DNA of 64,000 nucleotides, from positions 29,140,001 through 29,204,000 of the forward strand of contig NC_043015.1 of assembly GCF_006345805.1 (NCBI RefSeq). Reading direction: 5' to 3'. The stretch is from Octopus sinensis. Lineage: Eukaryota. This document shows, in pieces, positions 13,673 through 27,302 of the stretch (positions within the stretch are counted from its first letter, which is position 1; every line of letters begins with the position of its first letter). The position numbers and the translations under genes are program-made. Below the pieces are notes generated by a model. That model worked only from the letters and a program-made list of their open reading frames with translations. It did not search any database and had not been told where the DNA came from.

Positions 13673-14114
13673 ATCATTAATGGTCACTAACTCCAGCCTT
13701 TGACTCACAAATATAATGTCTCCTCTCTGTCTTTTTTTATCACTACCATATTTTTCTTTATTGCCCACAAGGGGCTAAACACAGGGGGGACAAACAAGGA
13801 CAGACGAACGGATTAAGTCGATTACATCGACCCCAGTGTGTAACTGGTACTTAATTTATCGACCCCGAAAGGATGAAAGGCAAAGTCGACCTCGGCGGAA
13901 TTTGAACTCAGAACGTAACGGCAGACAAAATACAGCTACGCATTTCGCAGGAGTGGCTGTGTGGTAAGTAGCTTGCTAAACAACCACCTGGTTCCAGGTT
14001 CAGTCCCACTGCGTGGCATCTTGGGCGAGTGTCTTCTGCTATAGCCCCGGGCCGACCAATGCCTTGTGAGTGGATTTGGTAGACGGAAACTGAAAGAAGC
14101 CTGTCGTATATATG

Positions 14115-14153
<39 letters not shown>

Positions 14154-14732
14154 TTGTGTGTCTGTGTTTGTCCCCCTAGCATTGCTTGACAAGCGATGCT
14201 GGTGTGTTTATGTCCCCGTCACTTAGCGGTTCGGCAAAAGAGACTGATAGAATAAGTACTGGGCTTCCAAAGAATAAGTCCCGGGGTCGATTTGCTCGAC
14301 TAAAGGCGGTGCTCCAGCATGGCCGCAGTCAAATGACTGAAACAAGTAAAAGAGAGTAAAAAGAGAGGTGTGCTAATGGTTCTGCCAGCTCGCCTACTAT
14401 AATGGCCTCTGAATAGTGGAGGTATGTGATCGACCATCTGTGAGAAACAAAACACCCACCAACCTACATGACCATCCTCAGCTAAGCATTAACCGTAATG
14501 GCCAATAATGACTTCAAGAGTGTCCCACCATGGCCACTTTCCTATAAATGTAAGAATAAAAGAATCCTTCTAGGCTATCAATAATTGAACTAAAGACAGG
14601 TTAATAAAAGCATCTTGCCTACATACATAATAGGCTGTATTTTTTTATTCAGCAACAAAACCTTATTCATAAAACACCTACACAAAGCAAAAAAAAAAAG
14701 CTCAATGTAAAATGTATAGCTTTATTGATTCC

Positions 14733-14773
<41 letters not shown>

Positions 14774-15635
14774 TAATCCAAACAAGAAAGCACAAAAAAA
14801 CACAACAACGCGAGGACGTGGAACAAATATAGTATTATTGGATGCTCAGGAAAGAAGGAAAGAAGGAGGGTTTAACGTTTCAAGCGGAGCTCTTTGTCGG
14901 AAACATAGGAGAAGGAAAGATCCAGATAAGGGAAGACAGAGGGAAAAAAATCACTAACGGTACACACGAGGTCATATATATATATACATAGATAGATAGA
15001 TAGATATATCTATATATCCTTTGTTCATTTACAGGAAACATTTTGAATATGCAAATAAAAGCTCCTATTCTATATATTATTATATAATATATATATATAT
15101 ATATGTATATAAAGTAGCAGCTGTAATATAAAAACAAGTGTATTGAAATAGTTATAGAATGATAAAGAATTTTCTAATGCTATTCTATAACCTCACAAAC
15201 CAAGTACAAATGATATAATTACGAAGGCAATTTCTAGTTTTTAATAGTCTATGCGTAAATAATTGGTTGAGTTGAGAAAAAAAAGAAAAAAGCAACTTGT
15301 TTAGAAGTTGACTTAAAACTTGAATGTTTTGCAGAATAGAATAATGTAGGTTACACAGAGAATTGATAAATGTAGAAGAGAGAGAGAGAGAGATAAAAGA
15401 AGGAATAGAAAGAAAAAAAGAAAGAGAACAGGTGCAGGGGTGGCTGTGTGGTAAGTAGCTTGCTTACCAACCACATGGTTCCGGGTTCAATCCCACTGCG
15501 TGGCACCTTGGGCGAGTGTCTTCTGCTATAGCCTCGGGCCGACCAATGCCTTGTGAGTGGATTCGGTAGATGGAAACTGAAAGAAGCCTGTCGTTTATAT
15601 GTATATATAGCTAAACCTCACTAAGATAAATATTT

Positions 15636-15712
15636 CAATTACCTGAAGATTGACTGTAACCATAACTCGAATTATTAAGAATTGGACAGCCATGAAACGA
15701 TCGTAGTGTTTT
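15636..15712 (+). ncRNA. Type I hammerhead ribozyme-like motif in a (TA)n-flanked insertion
   Basis: CUGAAGA, extended stem II (tgactgt...acagcca), GAAAC GAUC GUA. Stem I is imperfect. Confidence 0.55.
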
Positions 15713-16551
15713 ACTCATTATCTTTTATTAAACTTTTAATACTTTTGATATATATTTTAAATAATATAAATTAATTAATTTTATGTATTGGCTTAAGTTT
15801 TTCATTGTTTGATTTGCCTAATAGTGGTTTTATCTCTAATTTAATAAAATTATATATATATATATGTATGTGTGTGTATATGCTTGTGTGTCTGTGTTTG
15901 TCCCCCCACTATCGCTTGACAACCGATGCTGGTGTGTTTACGTCCCTGTCACTTAGCGGTTCGGCAAAAAGAGACCGATAGAATAAGTACTGGGCTTACA
16001 AAAGAATAAGTACCCGGGTCGATTTGCTCGACTAAAGGTGGTGCTCCAGCATGGCCGCAGTCAAATGACTGAAACAAGTAAAAGAGTAAAAGAGAGAGGG
16101 AGAGAATGAAAAAAAAAAAAGGGAGAAAATGACAAAAAGGAAAAAGAGAAAAAAGAAAAAGTGGAGAAGTTTAAATAGATGGAATTAGAAATGAGAAAGA
16201 AATTTTGCTGTATCTCAGTAGAGTCATTATGCCAATGATAGACACATGTGCTGGTTATATTTCACTTCTTTTATTAATATCAATCACTTAGCAAAGGCAA
16301 CGAGCTGGCAGAATCATTAGAATATATATATAAATGAGACATTTACAAAAATATCCTAAGGCCTCTTCGGAGATTACAAATCAGATTACATACATACTTG
16401 TATAGGTTTGGGTACATACCCATAATAAAACATATACATATACATATGAGTGCATATACTCATACTCCTATACATATAAATATACATATACATAATGATA
16501 TAAATAATATAAAATTAAAAACAACATATGTTCCACATTCAACATTACAGT

Positions 16552-16651
16552 NNNNNNNNNNNNNNNNNNNNNNNNNNNNNNNNNNNNNNNNNNNNNNNNN
16601 NNNNNNNNNNNNNNNNNNNNNNNNNNNNNNNNNNNNNNNNNNNNNNNNNNN
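16552..16651. other. Assembly gap (100 N)
   Basis: Run of exactly 100 n, typical of a scaffold join of unknown size. Confidence 0.99.
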
Positions 16652-16864
16652 TAAATTCACCTGCAAGGCATTGGTCAGCCTAGAACTATAGCAGAAAGCA
16701 CTTCCCTAAGGTGCTGAGCTGTGGGACTGAACCTGAAACCAAGTGATTGTGAAGTGAGCTCCTAAAGCACACAACCATGCCAATAAAGTCAAGCACTCTT
16801 TCTATTTCATTTGTTTTTACTATTATTAATTAGTCTGTTAATTAACTAACCAATTAACTAATAG

Positions 16865-16981
16865 ATTGCTCGATCAAGTCTGTTACAATATATCATGTCT
16901 GAATTTGGATATATTGTAACAGTCTTGGAGCAATGTGAGAATGTTATTGATGAGAACGTAAATGGTGCCAAAAGAACTCTG
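16865..16981 (+). CDS. Probable exon of a Patched-related (PTCHD3/Ptr-like) protein, IARSSLLQYIMSEFGYIVTVLEQCENVIDENVNGAKRTL
   Basis: Acceptor ctaatag, donor gtaaat. 117 nt open frame. Loosely resembles the start of Ptr luminal loop 1; acceptor pyrimidine tract is weak. Confidence 0.5.
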
Positions 16982-17071
16982 GTAAATGAATTGATTGATT
17001 GATTAATTGATCAAATGATTAGCTAAACAATCACTTATTTAATTGGTTAATTAATTAACTAGTTGGCAAAT

Positions 17072-17106
<35 letters not shown>

Positions 17107-17381
17107 CTACCCATGTATTTTAATTTAACTTTATTTCTATCAAAAAAAAAAATGAACGAACTAGTGAGTTTAGTTTAATGGCCTACCAATGTATACTATG
17201 AGTTTCTTTGCCCTAGGAGTCGGGAAGACACTCAGCAAGAAATGGAAGCAAATTTGAAAGAAGAAGAAGAAGAAAGAAAAAAAATAATAATAATAAAAGG
17301 AAGTGAAATGGAACCTCTGTATGTATGTGTGTTTCGTTGGCAAAATGACCCCCCTAAGATTATATCTCATTCTTTATTGAG

Positions 17382-17522
17382 AAATATATTCCAGTGGTTA
17401 TACAAATGCTTCATGGTCTTTGCAGAGAAATTGTTAAATGTGTTACCCCAAAGACTGACATGACAGACGTAATGAAAGATCCATTCTACATTGGATCCAT
17501 TCTAGGTGGAGCAAAATATGAT
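17382..17522 (+). CDS. Probable Patched-related exon ...VIQMLHGLCREIVKCVTPKTDMTDVMKDPFYIGSILGGAKYD
   Basis: Open frame with LC...C and FYIGSILGG, resembling the Ptr/PTCHD3 LC-x-C and YLGxxLGG motifs. Both exon boundaries are uncertain. Confidence 0.55.
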
Positions 17523-18183
17523 TATTGTAGAGGAGGAGTAGGAAGAGGAGTTAATGTTGTTGGGTATCAGAGTATCTGATGGTTGTGGTAGAGGAGAGGG
17601 AGTTGGTGGTGATGAGAGGGGTGGAGCAAGTGATGATTATATGATTATGGTGGAGGAGGAGTTAGTGTTGTTGGGATGGTGGAATATCTGATGGGTATGG
17701 CAGGGGAGGTGGAGACAGTGATAATGGTTATGGTGCAAGTGATGGCTGTAGTAAGGTGGGTGGAGTTAATGGTTATCACATTTGTGTAAGTGGTGGTGGT
17801 ATTTGTTGTAGGGGGAGGTAACTGAAAAAGAGTGGTACTGATGACGGCAATGACTGTGACAAAAACTACATTGATTCAGCAGCCGATGATGGTGATGATA
17901 GTGAAAGGGACGTGAAGAGGAGGGAAAGTAGGAAGAGGAGGAGGGGAGGAGGAGAAAGAAAATGAGGATGACGATAACGACAACAACACAACAAAAACAT
18001 ATAACAGAAGAGGACAATGCCATGGTACAAGATATGTAATAACAGCAAAGATAGGAAAAATAGCTCAACAAGAGATAAATATGAACTAATCTCAATCTTA
18101 TAGCAAGAATGAAAAATCTCTGTCTTTTGTTCATTGTCAGACAGAAATCAAGAGTTATGAATGGTGAGAATCATATTATTATA

Positions 18184-18231
<48 letters not shown>

Positions 18232-18368
18232 GTTGTTGTTGTTGTTGTTGTTGTTATTTTTGATTTTGCTTTTTTTTTTACAAAATACATTTCTTCATGC
18301 TGGTTCTAAGAACATAATAAACATGGCACTCAAAGTCTGTGATTGATTAAGCTGAAGAAATATTCCAG

Positions 18369-18427
18369 GTACAATGGAGAAGCAGAATTACTGATAACTT
18401 ATGTTGTAAACAACTCTCTACCAAAGG
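18369..18427 (+). CDS. Probable Patched-related exon (R)YNGEAELLITYVVNNSLPK
   Basis: ttccag acceptor (alternative taag with exon start 18352). Donor G|gtatac gives phase 1, compatible with 23233. EAELLITYVV resembles AKAxxLxYxL. Confidence 0.5.
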
Positions 18428-18907
18428 GTATACAACTGTACAAGAAACTAGAACGGTTATTTCAGGAATCGGAGACAAAAGTACCTTGTTTGTCAGCTGA
18501 ATTTGTATCGGCGATGGTCAGAGTAGCACAGTGGTTAATGTAGTGAGATGTTAAGAAAACATGGATTTTTGGATTTCCACAGACTCTTCAGAGACATTTT
18601 TTTTTTCTTGTTTCTGCCTCCATGTTTTGTTTGAATTAAGTGAAGTGAATAGAATATGTTCTACATTTAATAATTGTTAGCCTCAAAGAGTCAAAAGAAC
18701 CAATTTTATTTTAGAATAATACTATACAAAAGGTAGTATAACACACTCACATACACACACCCACACACACACACACACATATATCTATAGATATAATAGA
18801 TATATATATATATATGTATGCAATGTATATATATATATATATATATATATCTATAATATATATATATATATTATATATAGAATATATATATATATATATA
18901 TGTATAT

Positions 18908-18953
<46 letters not shown>

Positions 18954-19724
18954 CTGGGGTTGATTTGCTCGACTAAAGGCTGTGCTCCAGCATGGCTGCA
19001 GTCAAGTGACTGAAACAAGTAAAAGAGTAAAAGAGAGATATGAATGTGTGTGTGTGTGTGTGTGTGTGCATGCATCTTTGTGCCTCTGTTCGTCAAGCCG
19101 CCCACCACTTTGCAACAGCTGTTAGTTTGTTTACGCCCCTGTAACTTAGCGGTTCAACAAGAGAAACTGATAGAATAAGTACTAGACATTAAAAAAAAAA
19201 ACAGAAAGAAACTTAAGCATCGGGGGGTGGGGGTGGGGGGTGATTTGTATGACTAAAGTCCAAAGATTGAGACAAGCGAAAGATGAATGATAAATAACCA
19301 ACACTTGTCAGAACACAGACGCATCACATGATTTATACCCAATTTATATTATAATTTATCTGACACGGAGTTAATTAATTTGCAGAAGATAAAATGTACC
19401 TATGGTTAAATTGAGAGTCAAATTTAATAACATCACTGATGTGCAAAGTTAGTATACACATATTCACCTAGTGAGCAACATGCGCATTAGTTAATTGCTC
19501 CTGGCTGTTACTTCTTCTTAGTATATATATATATATATTTTTTTTTTGCAACTCTTGAATTAATATTTAGAATTAGATGCCATTTAATTTTGGTTTGAAT
19601 AGAAAAGAAAAAAAAAAACGATTCTGAAATGTTTTACAAGAAAAATAAAACCATATATTATATATATATGTATATATATGTATATGTATATGTATGTATG
19701 TAACATTGTACATTATGTGTGTGT

Positions 19725-19783
<59 letters not shown>

Positions 19784-19818
19784 CACATATACATGTGTGC
19801 ATGTATATATATATGTAC

Positions 19819-19849
<31 letters not shown>

Positions 19850-20149
19850 CTTATATATTTTATATATATATATATCTTATATATTTATATAATATATATA
19901 TAGATATCTTATATATATATATCTATATATATTATATATATACATATCTTATCTATATTATATATATATCTTATATATATATACTATACATATATATGAA
20001 TATATATATATATATAATATAATAACTGACATAGGAGACAAATATAAATTTTAATAAATATATGAACATGACATATAAGTGTGTGTATGTACATACACAC
20101 ACATATACACAAATGTATACCTACAAACAATCACAGATATATGCATGTG

Positions 20150-20550
20150 TGTCTGTGTGGCTCAGCAGTAAAGAAGTTAAGATGCTTTCTTCCCAACCAC
20201 ATGGTCTCAAGTTCGGTCCTGCTGTACAGCACCTTCTGCGCGGATGTGACAGACAGAAACTAAAAGACACCCATTGTTTTGTGCATACGTATGTATGTGT
20301 GTGTATGTGCATGTGCACACACACACGTACATATGTGTTTATGTGTACTTTTGTCTTGACTTTATCTGATGATTGTAAACAAGTGTCACCTCAATACAAG
20401 CAGTGTTGTTCATTTCCAGTTTTCTGTTAAAAACAGGTCTGGCTATGGAGAAACATTACCAAACTTGGAAACAAAAATAGCAGTTCACGACAGGGAGGGT
20501 ATTCGGCTTAGAGAACTTGCCTCAGCAAATTCTGCCCGACTCATATGAAC
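20150..20550 (+). mobile_element. Older SINE with a family-A-like head and a different 3' half
   Basis: Degenerate tRNA head, then gtgttgttcatttccag...ggaaac. Relatives at 38750-39115(+), 42810-42990(-), 58070-58290(-). Confidence 0.6.
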
Positions 20551-20571
20551 ATGGAAAAATAGGCGCTAAAT

Positions 20572-20572
20572 A

Positions 20573-20603
<31 letters not shown>

Positions 20604-21100
20604 CGATGATGATGGTGATGATGATGATGATGATGACGATGATGATGACGATGATGATGGTGATGATGATGATGATGAAGATGATGATGGTGATGATGAT
20701 GATGATGATGACGATGGTGATGATGATGATGATGATGACGATGATGATGGTGATGATGACGATGATAATGACGATGGTGATGATGATGATGATGATGATG
20801 ACGATGATGATGGTGATGATGACGATGATGATGATGATGACGATGGTGATGATGATGACGATGATGATGATGACGATGATGATGGTGATGATGATGATGA
20901 CGATGATGATGGTGATGATGATGATGATAATGACGATGATGATGATGATGATGATGATGACGATGATGATGATGACGATGGTGATGATGATGATGATGAT
21001 GACGATGATGATGGTGATGATGACGATGATAATGGTGATGATGATGACGATGATGGTGATGATGGTGATAATTATCAAAGTAGTAATGGTAGTTGTGGTG

Positions 21101-21140
<40 letters not shown>

Positions 21141-21151
21141 CAGGAGCAGTG

Positions 21152-21197
<46 letters not shown>

Positions 21198-21200
21198 CAA
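20572..21200. repeat. Compound triplet microsatellite (GAT/GAC/GGT)n followed by (GTA)n
   Basis: Directly visible. Confidence 0.95.
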
Positions 21201-22661
21201 TAGGCCTAACAATGTAGACCTTAAAAAATTATGGTTTTACTGTTTTAAAATTCTTTTAATTTCAGTGGCCATAAAATTTCCTTTTCAAAAAGATTTCCCA
21301 ATCAACTGTTTACGTTGGAACCTGCAACTTGACTGAAATTTCAAATACAATATTGAAAAAAGCACCACGGTTTTTGTATTTATTCTCCGGTAGTCTTACT
21401 AACCATTCTTTGGTTGACTAACTTTGATCTTAAATATTCAATTTTTATCAACGATATTATTAATGGTCAGCTGAATAAAACAATTAAGTAATATTACATC
21501 AAAACATCTGGCATCATGTAACCCATAAACATTGAGGTTTATGAAGCATTTAGAAGCTTTGAGTTATACAATACACCAACAAGAACATTACACGAATATA
21601 GGAGAATGCCGAACAATTCAGAGAAAACGTGTAGCTTTAAGATATCTCAAATAGTAAAACTATAAATTAGGCGCAGGAGTGGCTGTGTGGTAAGTAGCTT
21701 GCTAACCAACCACATTGTTCTGGGTTCAATCCCACTGCGTAGCATCTTGGGCAAGTGTCTTCTGCTATAGCCCCGGGCCGACCAATGCCTTGTGAGTGGA
21801 TTTGGTAGACGGAAACTGAAAGAAGCCTGTCGTATATATGTATATATATATATATATGTGTGTTTGTTTTGTGTGTCTGTGTTTGTCCCCCCTAGCATTG
21901 CTTGACAACGATTGCTGGTGTGTTTACGTCCTGTCACTTAGCGGTTCGGCAAAAAGAGAAACCGATAGAATAAGTACTGGGCTTACAAAAAGAATAAGTC
22001 CCGGGGTTGAGTTGCTTGACTAAAGGCGGTGCTCCAGTATGGCCGCAGTCAAATGACTGAAACAAGTAAAAGAGTAAAAAGAGTATGTATATCATCATCA
22101 TCATCATTTAACCTTTAATGTCCATTTTCCATGCTGGCATAGGTCTGAGGGTCAGGGGTTGCATCAGTAAGGTGGCGAGCTGGCAGAACCGTTAGCACGC
22201 CGGGCGAAATGCATAGCCGTATTTCGTCTGTCGTTACGTTCTGAGTTCAAATTCCGCCGAGGTCGACTTTCCCTTTCGTCCTTTCGGGGTCGATTAAATA
22301 AGTACCAGTTACGCACTGGGGTCAATGTAATCGACTTAATCCGTTTGTCTGTCCTTGTTTGTCCCCTCTATGTTTAGCCCCTTGTGGGTAATAAAGAAAT
22401 AGGTATTTGGTCTGCTGATACGTTCTGAGTTCAAATTCCGCCGAGGTCGACTTTGCCTTTCATCCTTTCGGGGTTGATTAAATAAGTACCAGTTATGCAC
22501 TGGGGATCAATATAATCGACTTAATCCGTTTGTCTGTCCTTGTTTGTCCCCTCTGTGTTTAGCCCCTTGTGGGTAGTAAAGAAATAGGTTGCATCAGATT
22601 CCATAATCTGTTTTAGCTTTGTTTCTTTTTAGCTGGATGACCGTCCTAATGCCAGCCACTT

Positions 22662-23085
22662 TACTTTACTTGTACTCGTGATGGCGTTCACCCAGGGCGG
22701 GTTGAGCCGGCTTCTTCTCTGGTCCTGACGGCATCACAAATCATGGTGGCCCACGCTCAACAGTCTTGTGCGAGGTCACTGGAGATAGCGAGCCATCCGC
22801 GGTTCCATCTGCGCAGACCGACCACCTGCGGACCTGAGAGTTCGGAGAGGTCCTCCTTTATCGTCGTTGTCCAGGTCTTCAGCTACTCGCCCACGCGTTT
22901 GTGCCGGTTGGTGAGTGGAGGTAGGAGGAGGACATCGCGAATCAGCTCACCCTCTGGATGCCGGGCTGTATGACCGAACCACCTTAAGCGCCGTTGTAGA
23001 AGCACCGAAGGGAGGGGCTGGAGATTCAGGTGATAATGAAGACTGGCTGTAGGAACCCGATCAATGTGTTGGCACTTTATAGCCA
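22662..23085 (-). mobile_element. RTE/BovB-like LINE 3' fragment, degenerate
   Basis: LLQRRLRWFGHTARHPEG...LKTWTTTIKEDL with in-frame stops, and an AGTAA-type tail. Confidence 0.85.
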
Positions 23086-23232
23086 CTTTACAGACTGTAC
23101 TGGGTGCTTTTTACATGGCACCAGCACACACACCAATGTTTTTTTTTACACGACGCTAGGTTTAGGATCTCAATTCTATTGCAATGGGTGGATTTTCTTG
23201 AGTACAACACATGTATGGATTTCATTTTTCAG

Positions 23233-23322
23233 TTTTGCTTCGAGATTTCTTATCAATAGAAAAAGAGCTAGTCTCTAACCTAGATCCAAGGCTCTCCATT
23301 GGAATTTCAACAACATCAACAG
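23233..23322 (+). CDS. Patched-related exon (V)LLRDFLSIEKELVSNLDPRLSIGISTTST(G)
   Basis: Strong acceptor ttcatttttcag, donor gttatg. 90 nt, phase 1-1, in frame with 27303. Confidence 0.65.
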
Positions 23323-23773
23323 GTTATGTATGTATGTATGTATGTATGTGTGTATGTATGTATGTATGTATGTATGTATGTATGTATGTATCTATGTATG
23401 TATGTATGCATGTATGTATACATGTAGATTTGTATGTTTTGTTTTATGTATGTATGTATTCTCATGCATATAGTTGCATATCTAGACATGCTTATATATA
23501 CTTAAATGATAAACTTTTGGAAAGTTTTACAGATTTTTACAGTTCCAGTGATGGGTTGGATCTGTAGTCTTCGAATCAGCTTTACCCTTTCTAGTTTTGA
23601 GAAGCTTAATTTCTCAAGGTTGGTATTCCAGGGAGTGTGTTATATATCCCAGGACCCCAATAATTACAGGTATAAACCTGAACTTGTAATCTGGATAGAG
23701 TAACCACAGATTTCTCAATAGTTCAGCGTAGGTGCATGCATGCATGTATGTATGTATGTATGTACAAATGTAC

Positions 23774-23820
<47 letters not shown>

Positions 23821-25274
23821 AAGACCTGTTGAGGCAAGTGAAATCGAAATCGATCAAAAATCAATGGAAATTGCAGCTGTGATACCAGTGCCGGTGGCAC
23901 GTAAAAAGCACCCACTACTCTCTCAGAGTGGTTGGCGTTAGGAAGGGCATCTAGCTGTAGAAACACTGCCAGATCAGACTGGGCCTGGTGCAGCCTTCTG
24001 GCTTCCCAGACCCCAGTCGAACCGTCCAACCCATGCTAGCCTGGAAAGCGGACGTTAAACGATGATGATAGTGATGATGATGATATATGCAGTTTTTATT
24101 ATTAATTATGATTTACACTTTGTTGTAAAACAGAGACTAGAAAAATTTTTCAAACCCATGCCAGCATAGAAAAGCAGACATAAGGAGTGGCTGTGTGGTA
24201 AGTAGCTTGCTAACCAACCACATGGTTCCGGGTTCAGTCCCACTGCATGGCATCTTGGGCAAGTGTCTTCTGCTATAGTCCCGTGAGTGGATTTGGTAGA
24301 CAGAAACTGAAAGAAGCCTGTTGTATATATGTATATATATGTATGTATGTGTGTGTGTTTGTGTGTCTGTGTTTGTTCCCCTAGCATTGCTTGACAAGCG
24401 ATGCTGGTGTGTTTACGTCCCCGTCACTTAGCGGTTCGGCAAAAAGAGACTGATAGAATAAGTACTGGGCTTACAAAAAAAATAAGTTGCTCGACTAAAG
24501 GCGGTGCTCCAGCATGGCCACAGTCAAATGACTGAAACAAGTAAAAGAGTAAAAGAGTAAGAGTATAAAAATGATAACAACGCAATAGTCATTCATTTAT
24601 TTTATGTCCTTTTTATCCATGCTAGCATGGGTTAGATGAATTGCATATTTCGGTAGCATTGTTTTACAGTTGGATGCCCTTGATGAAGTCTGTTTTACAG
24701 CTGGATTCCTTTACCTGTTTCTTCTAGTAAGGAATTTTTTCTTTTATTTCATGCATCTTTGAAAGCAGAAAGCTAACAGATAATTTCTTGATAGGGAACG
24801 TTAGCAAACTTCACTACTTGTAGCTTATTTTTTTACGCAGGCACAGAATGAAAATATTCAACCGACAAACACACATGCATGTACACAGGTACACACACAC
24901 ACACAAACACACACATACACACACACAAATGTACACACATATATATAAAGGCCTTTCTCCGCACTTTTCTTTAGTGTGTGTGTATCTAGTGAAAGAAGCC
25001 TGTCATGTATACATGTGCGTGTGTGATTTTGTGAGTGTGCATGCATGTGTGGATGTATAAAGTTTATTTCTCATCGCTGCTCCACACTGCTACATACGTG
25101 TTGTGTGTGTGTGTGAATGTGTGTATGTGAACGTTTGTGTCTGTTACTTGATTGGTTACTTATTTCATTGACTCCAAAAGCATGAAAGGCAAAGTTGACC
25201 TCGGCAGAATTTGATCTCAGAACATAAAACTGGAAGAAATGCTGAGAAGCATTTTGTCTGGGGTGGGATAATGA

Positions 25275-25358
25275 TTCTGGTAGAGCCCACTGAAGGAGGA
25301 GGAGGAGGAGAGGGAGGAGGAGGAGGAGGAGAGGGAGGAGGAGGAGGAGAAGAAATGG

Positions 25359-25389
<31 letters not shown>

Positions 25390-25480
25390 GGAAGAAGAAG
25401 AAGAAGAAGAAGAAGAAGAAGAAGAAGAAGAAGAAGAAGAAGAAGAAGAAGAAGAAGAAGAAGAGCAGCAGCAGCAGGAG
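25275..25480. repeat. (GGA)n(GAA)n polypurine tract
   Basis: Directly visible. Confidence 0.95.
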
Positions 25481-25529
25481 GAGAAGGGTAGGACAGTATT
25501 TACATTGGAAAATATGTAAACAATACAAA

Positions 25530-25925
25530 ATCAGCACTCCTGCTTACTGGTATGAACATCATCCTGAGCCAGTCGTTGGCGGTAAAAATGTCACTATCCT
25601 CTGAGATCTTCCAGTCAACACTGACAGAACAATCCAGGATAATTGACCAGACATAATTATTAGAGAAAGGGAAGAAAACACTTGTAGACTAATAGATGTA
25701 AGTGATCCTACAGCAAAAAACATACCTGTAAAGGAATTTGATAAATTAAGTAAATATAAGGACCTGGAAATTGAAATGCAAAAGATGTGGCATCTTAGAA
25801 GCGAGAACTGTTCCTGTTATTTTAGGTGCCCTAGGTATGATAAAAAAGGGATAAGATCCCAGGAGAACCATGTCTCAGAGATATCCAAAAGATTGTGTCC
25901 ACATACTTAGAAAAACCCGAGCCTT
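25530..25925 (+). mobile_element. Degenerate restriction-like endonuclease (REL) domain of an R4/Dong-type non-LTR retrotransposon
   Basis: WYEHHPEP...PDIII...LIDVSDP...KEFDKLSKYKDLEIEMQKMW...VPVILGALG, with stops and frameshifts. Confidence 0.82.
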
Positions 25926-26519
25926 ATATATGTCTGTGTTGTATTCATCATCATCATCGTTTAACGTCCGCTCTCCATGCTAGCATGGGTTGGATGGTTC
26001 GACCGGGGATCTGGGAAGCCAGAAGTCTGCACCAGGCTCCAATCTGATCTGGCAGTGTTTCTACAGCTGGATGCCCTTCCTAACGCCAACCACTCCGAGA
26101 GTGTAGTGGGTGCTTTTTACGTGCCACCGGCACAGGTGCCAGGTGAGGCTGGAAACAGCCATGATCTGTTGGTGCTTTTTACATGCCACCGGCACAGAAG
26201 CCAGTCAAGGCGGCGCTGGCATCGGCCACGTTCGGATGGTGCTTTTTTTACATGAAGATATTAAAGAGAAAAGAAAAATACATCGTGGTGGCCAAATTTG
26301 GAATGTCAGTCAAATGATCAAAATACATAGAAAATTTAGATAAAAGAGATGGGTACATTGGAGCTAAGCAACAATTAATAGCACCAGAAGAGCTACGGCT
26401 GTTGTTGTTGTTGTTGTTGTTGGTACATTATATAATTTAAGTATCACTGGAAATTGACTTTTAAATTGATGCTAAAAATGGTATTTCAATGATATTGGAT
26501 AATATTAAATATACACACA

Positions 26520-26957
26520 CACATGTATGCATGTGGGTATCTGTGTATGAATGTATGTATGTATGTATGTGTGTGTATGTATGTATGTATGTATGTGTGT
26601 ATGTATGTGTGTATGTATGTGTGTGTGTATGTATGTATGTATGTGTATGTGTATGTATGTGTGTATGTATGTATGTATGTATGTATGTATGTGTATGTAT
26701 GTATGTATGTGTATGTATGTATGTATGTATGTGTGTGTGTATGTATGTACGTATGAATGTATGTATGTATGTATGTGTGTGTGTGTATGTATGTATGTAT
26801 GTAATATGTATGTATTTATGTATGTATGTATGTATGAATGTATGTATGTAATGTATGTATTTGTGTGTGTATGTATGTGTGTATGTATGTATGTATGTAT
26901 GTATGAATGCATGTATGTATGTATGTAGGTATGTATGTATGTATGTATGTGTGTGTG

Positions 26958-26988
<31 letters not shown>

Positions 26989-26990
26989 TG

Positions 26991-27021
<31 letters not shown>

Positions 27022-27178
27022 TGTATATATTTGTGTGTATGTATGTATGTGTGTATGTATGTATGTATGTATGTATGTAGGTATGTATGTATGTATGTGT
27101 GTGTGTATGTATGTATGTATGTATTTATGTATGTACGTACGTACATATGTACGTATGTATGTATGTACGTACGTACAG
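26520..27178. repeat. (TATG)n/(TG)n microsatellite
   Basis: Directly visible. The TA/CA-rich tract continues, with internal duplications, through 27440-29230. Confidence 0.95.
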
Positions 27179-27302
27179 AAAATAAAGACAAAGAGAGTGC
27201 AGAAAGAGTAAAAAGACTTTCTAAATTAACAAAGTGAAAGTTAGATTACTGCTGGCTAAAATTCTAGAATTTCTGTGAATAATGGTCTCTAAATTGTTGC
27301 AG

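Noticed and set aside
14628-14680. Minus-strand segment CFMNKVLLLNKKIQPI, phase-compatible with the VWA/Cache exon ending at 35718
   Set aside because: Short and AT-rich, lies across the gap, and does not convincingly match the expected VWA_N sequence.
15642-15717. Apparent minus-strand first exon MSKTLRSFHGCPILNNSSYGYSQSS ending in G|gtaatt, tempting as a TDH mitochondrial presequence
   Set aside because: It is the antisense of the hammerhead-bearing insert within a SINE's TA tract.
20566-21217. Long poly-Met/Ile/Asp ORFs
   Set aside because: Pure triplet microsatellite.
25211-25519. Poly-Gly/Glu ORF
   Set aside because: (GGA)n(GAA)n tract adjoining a decayed SINE.
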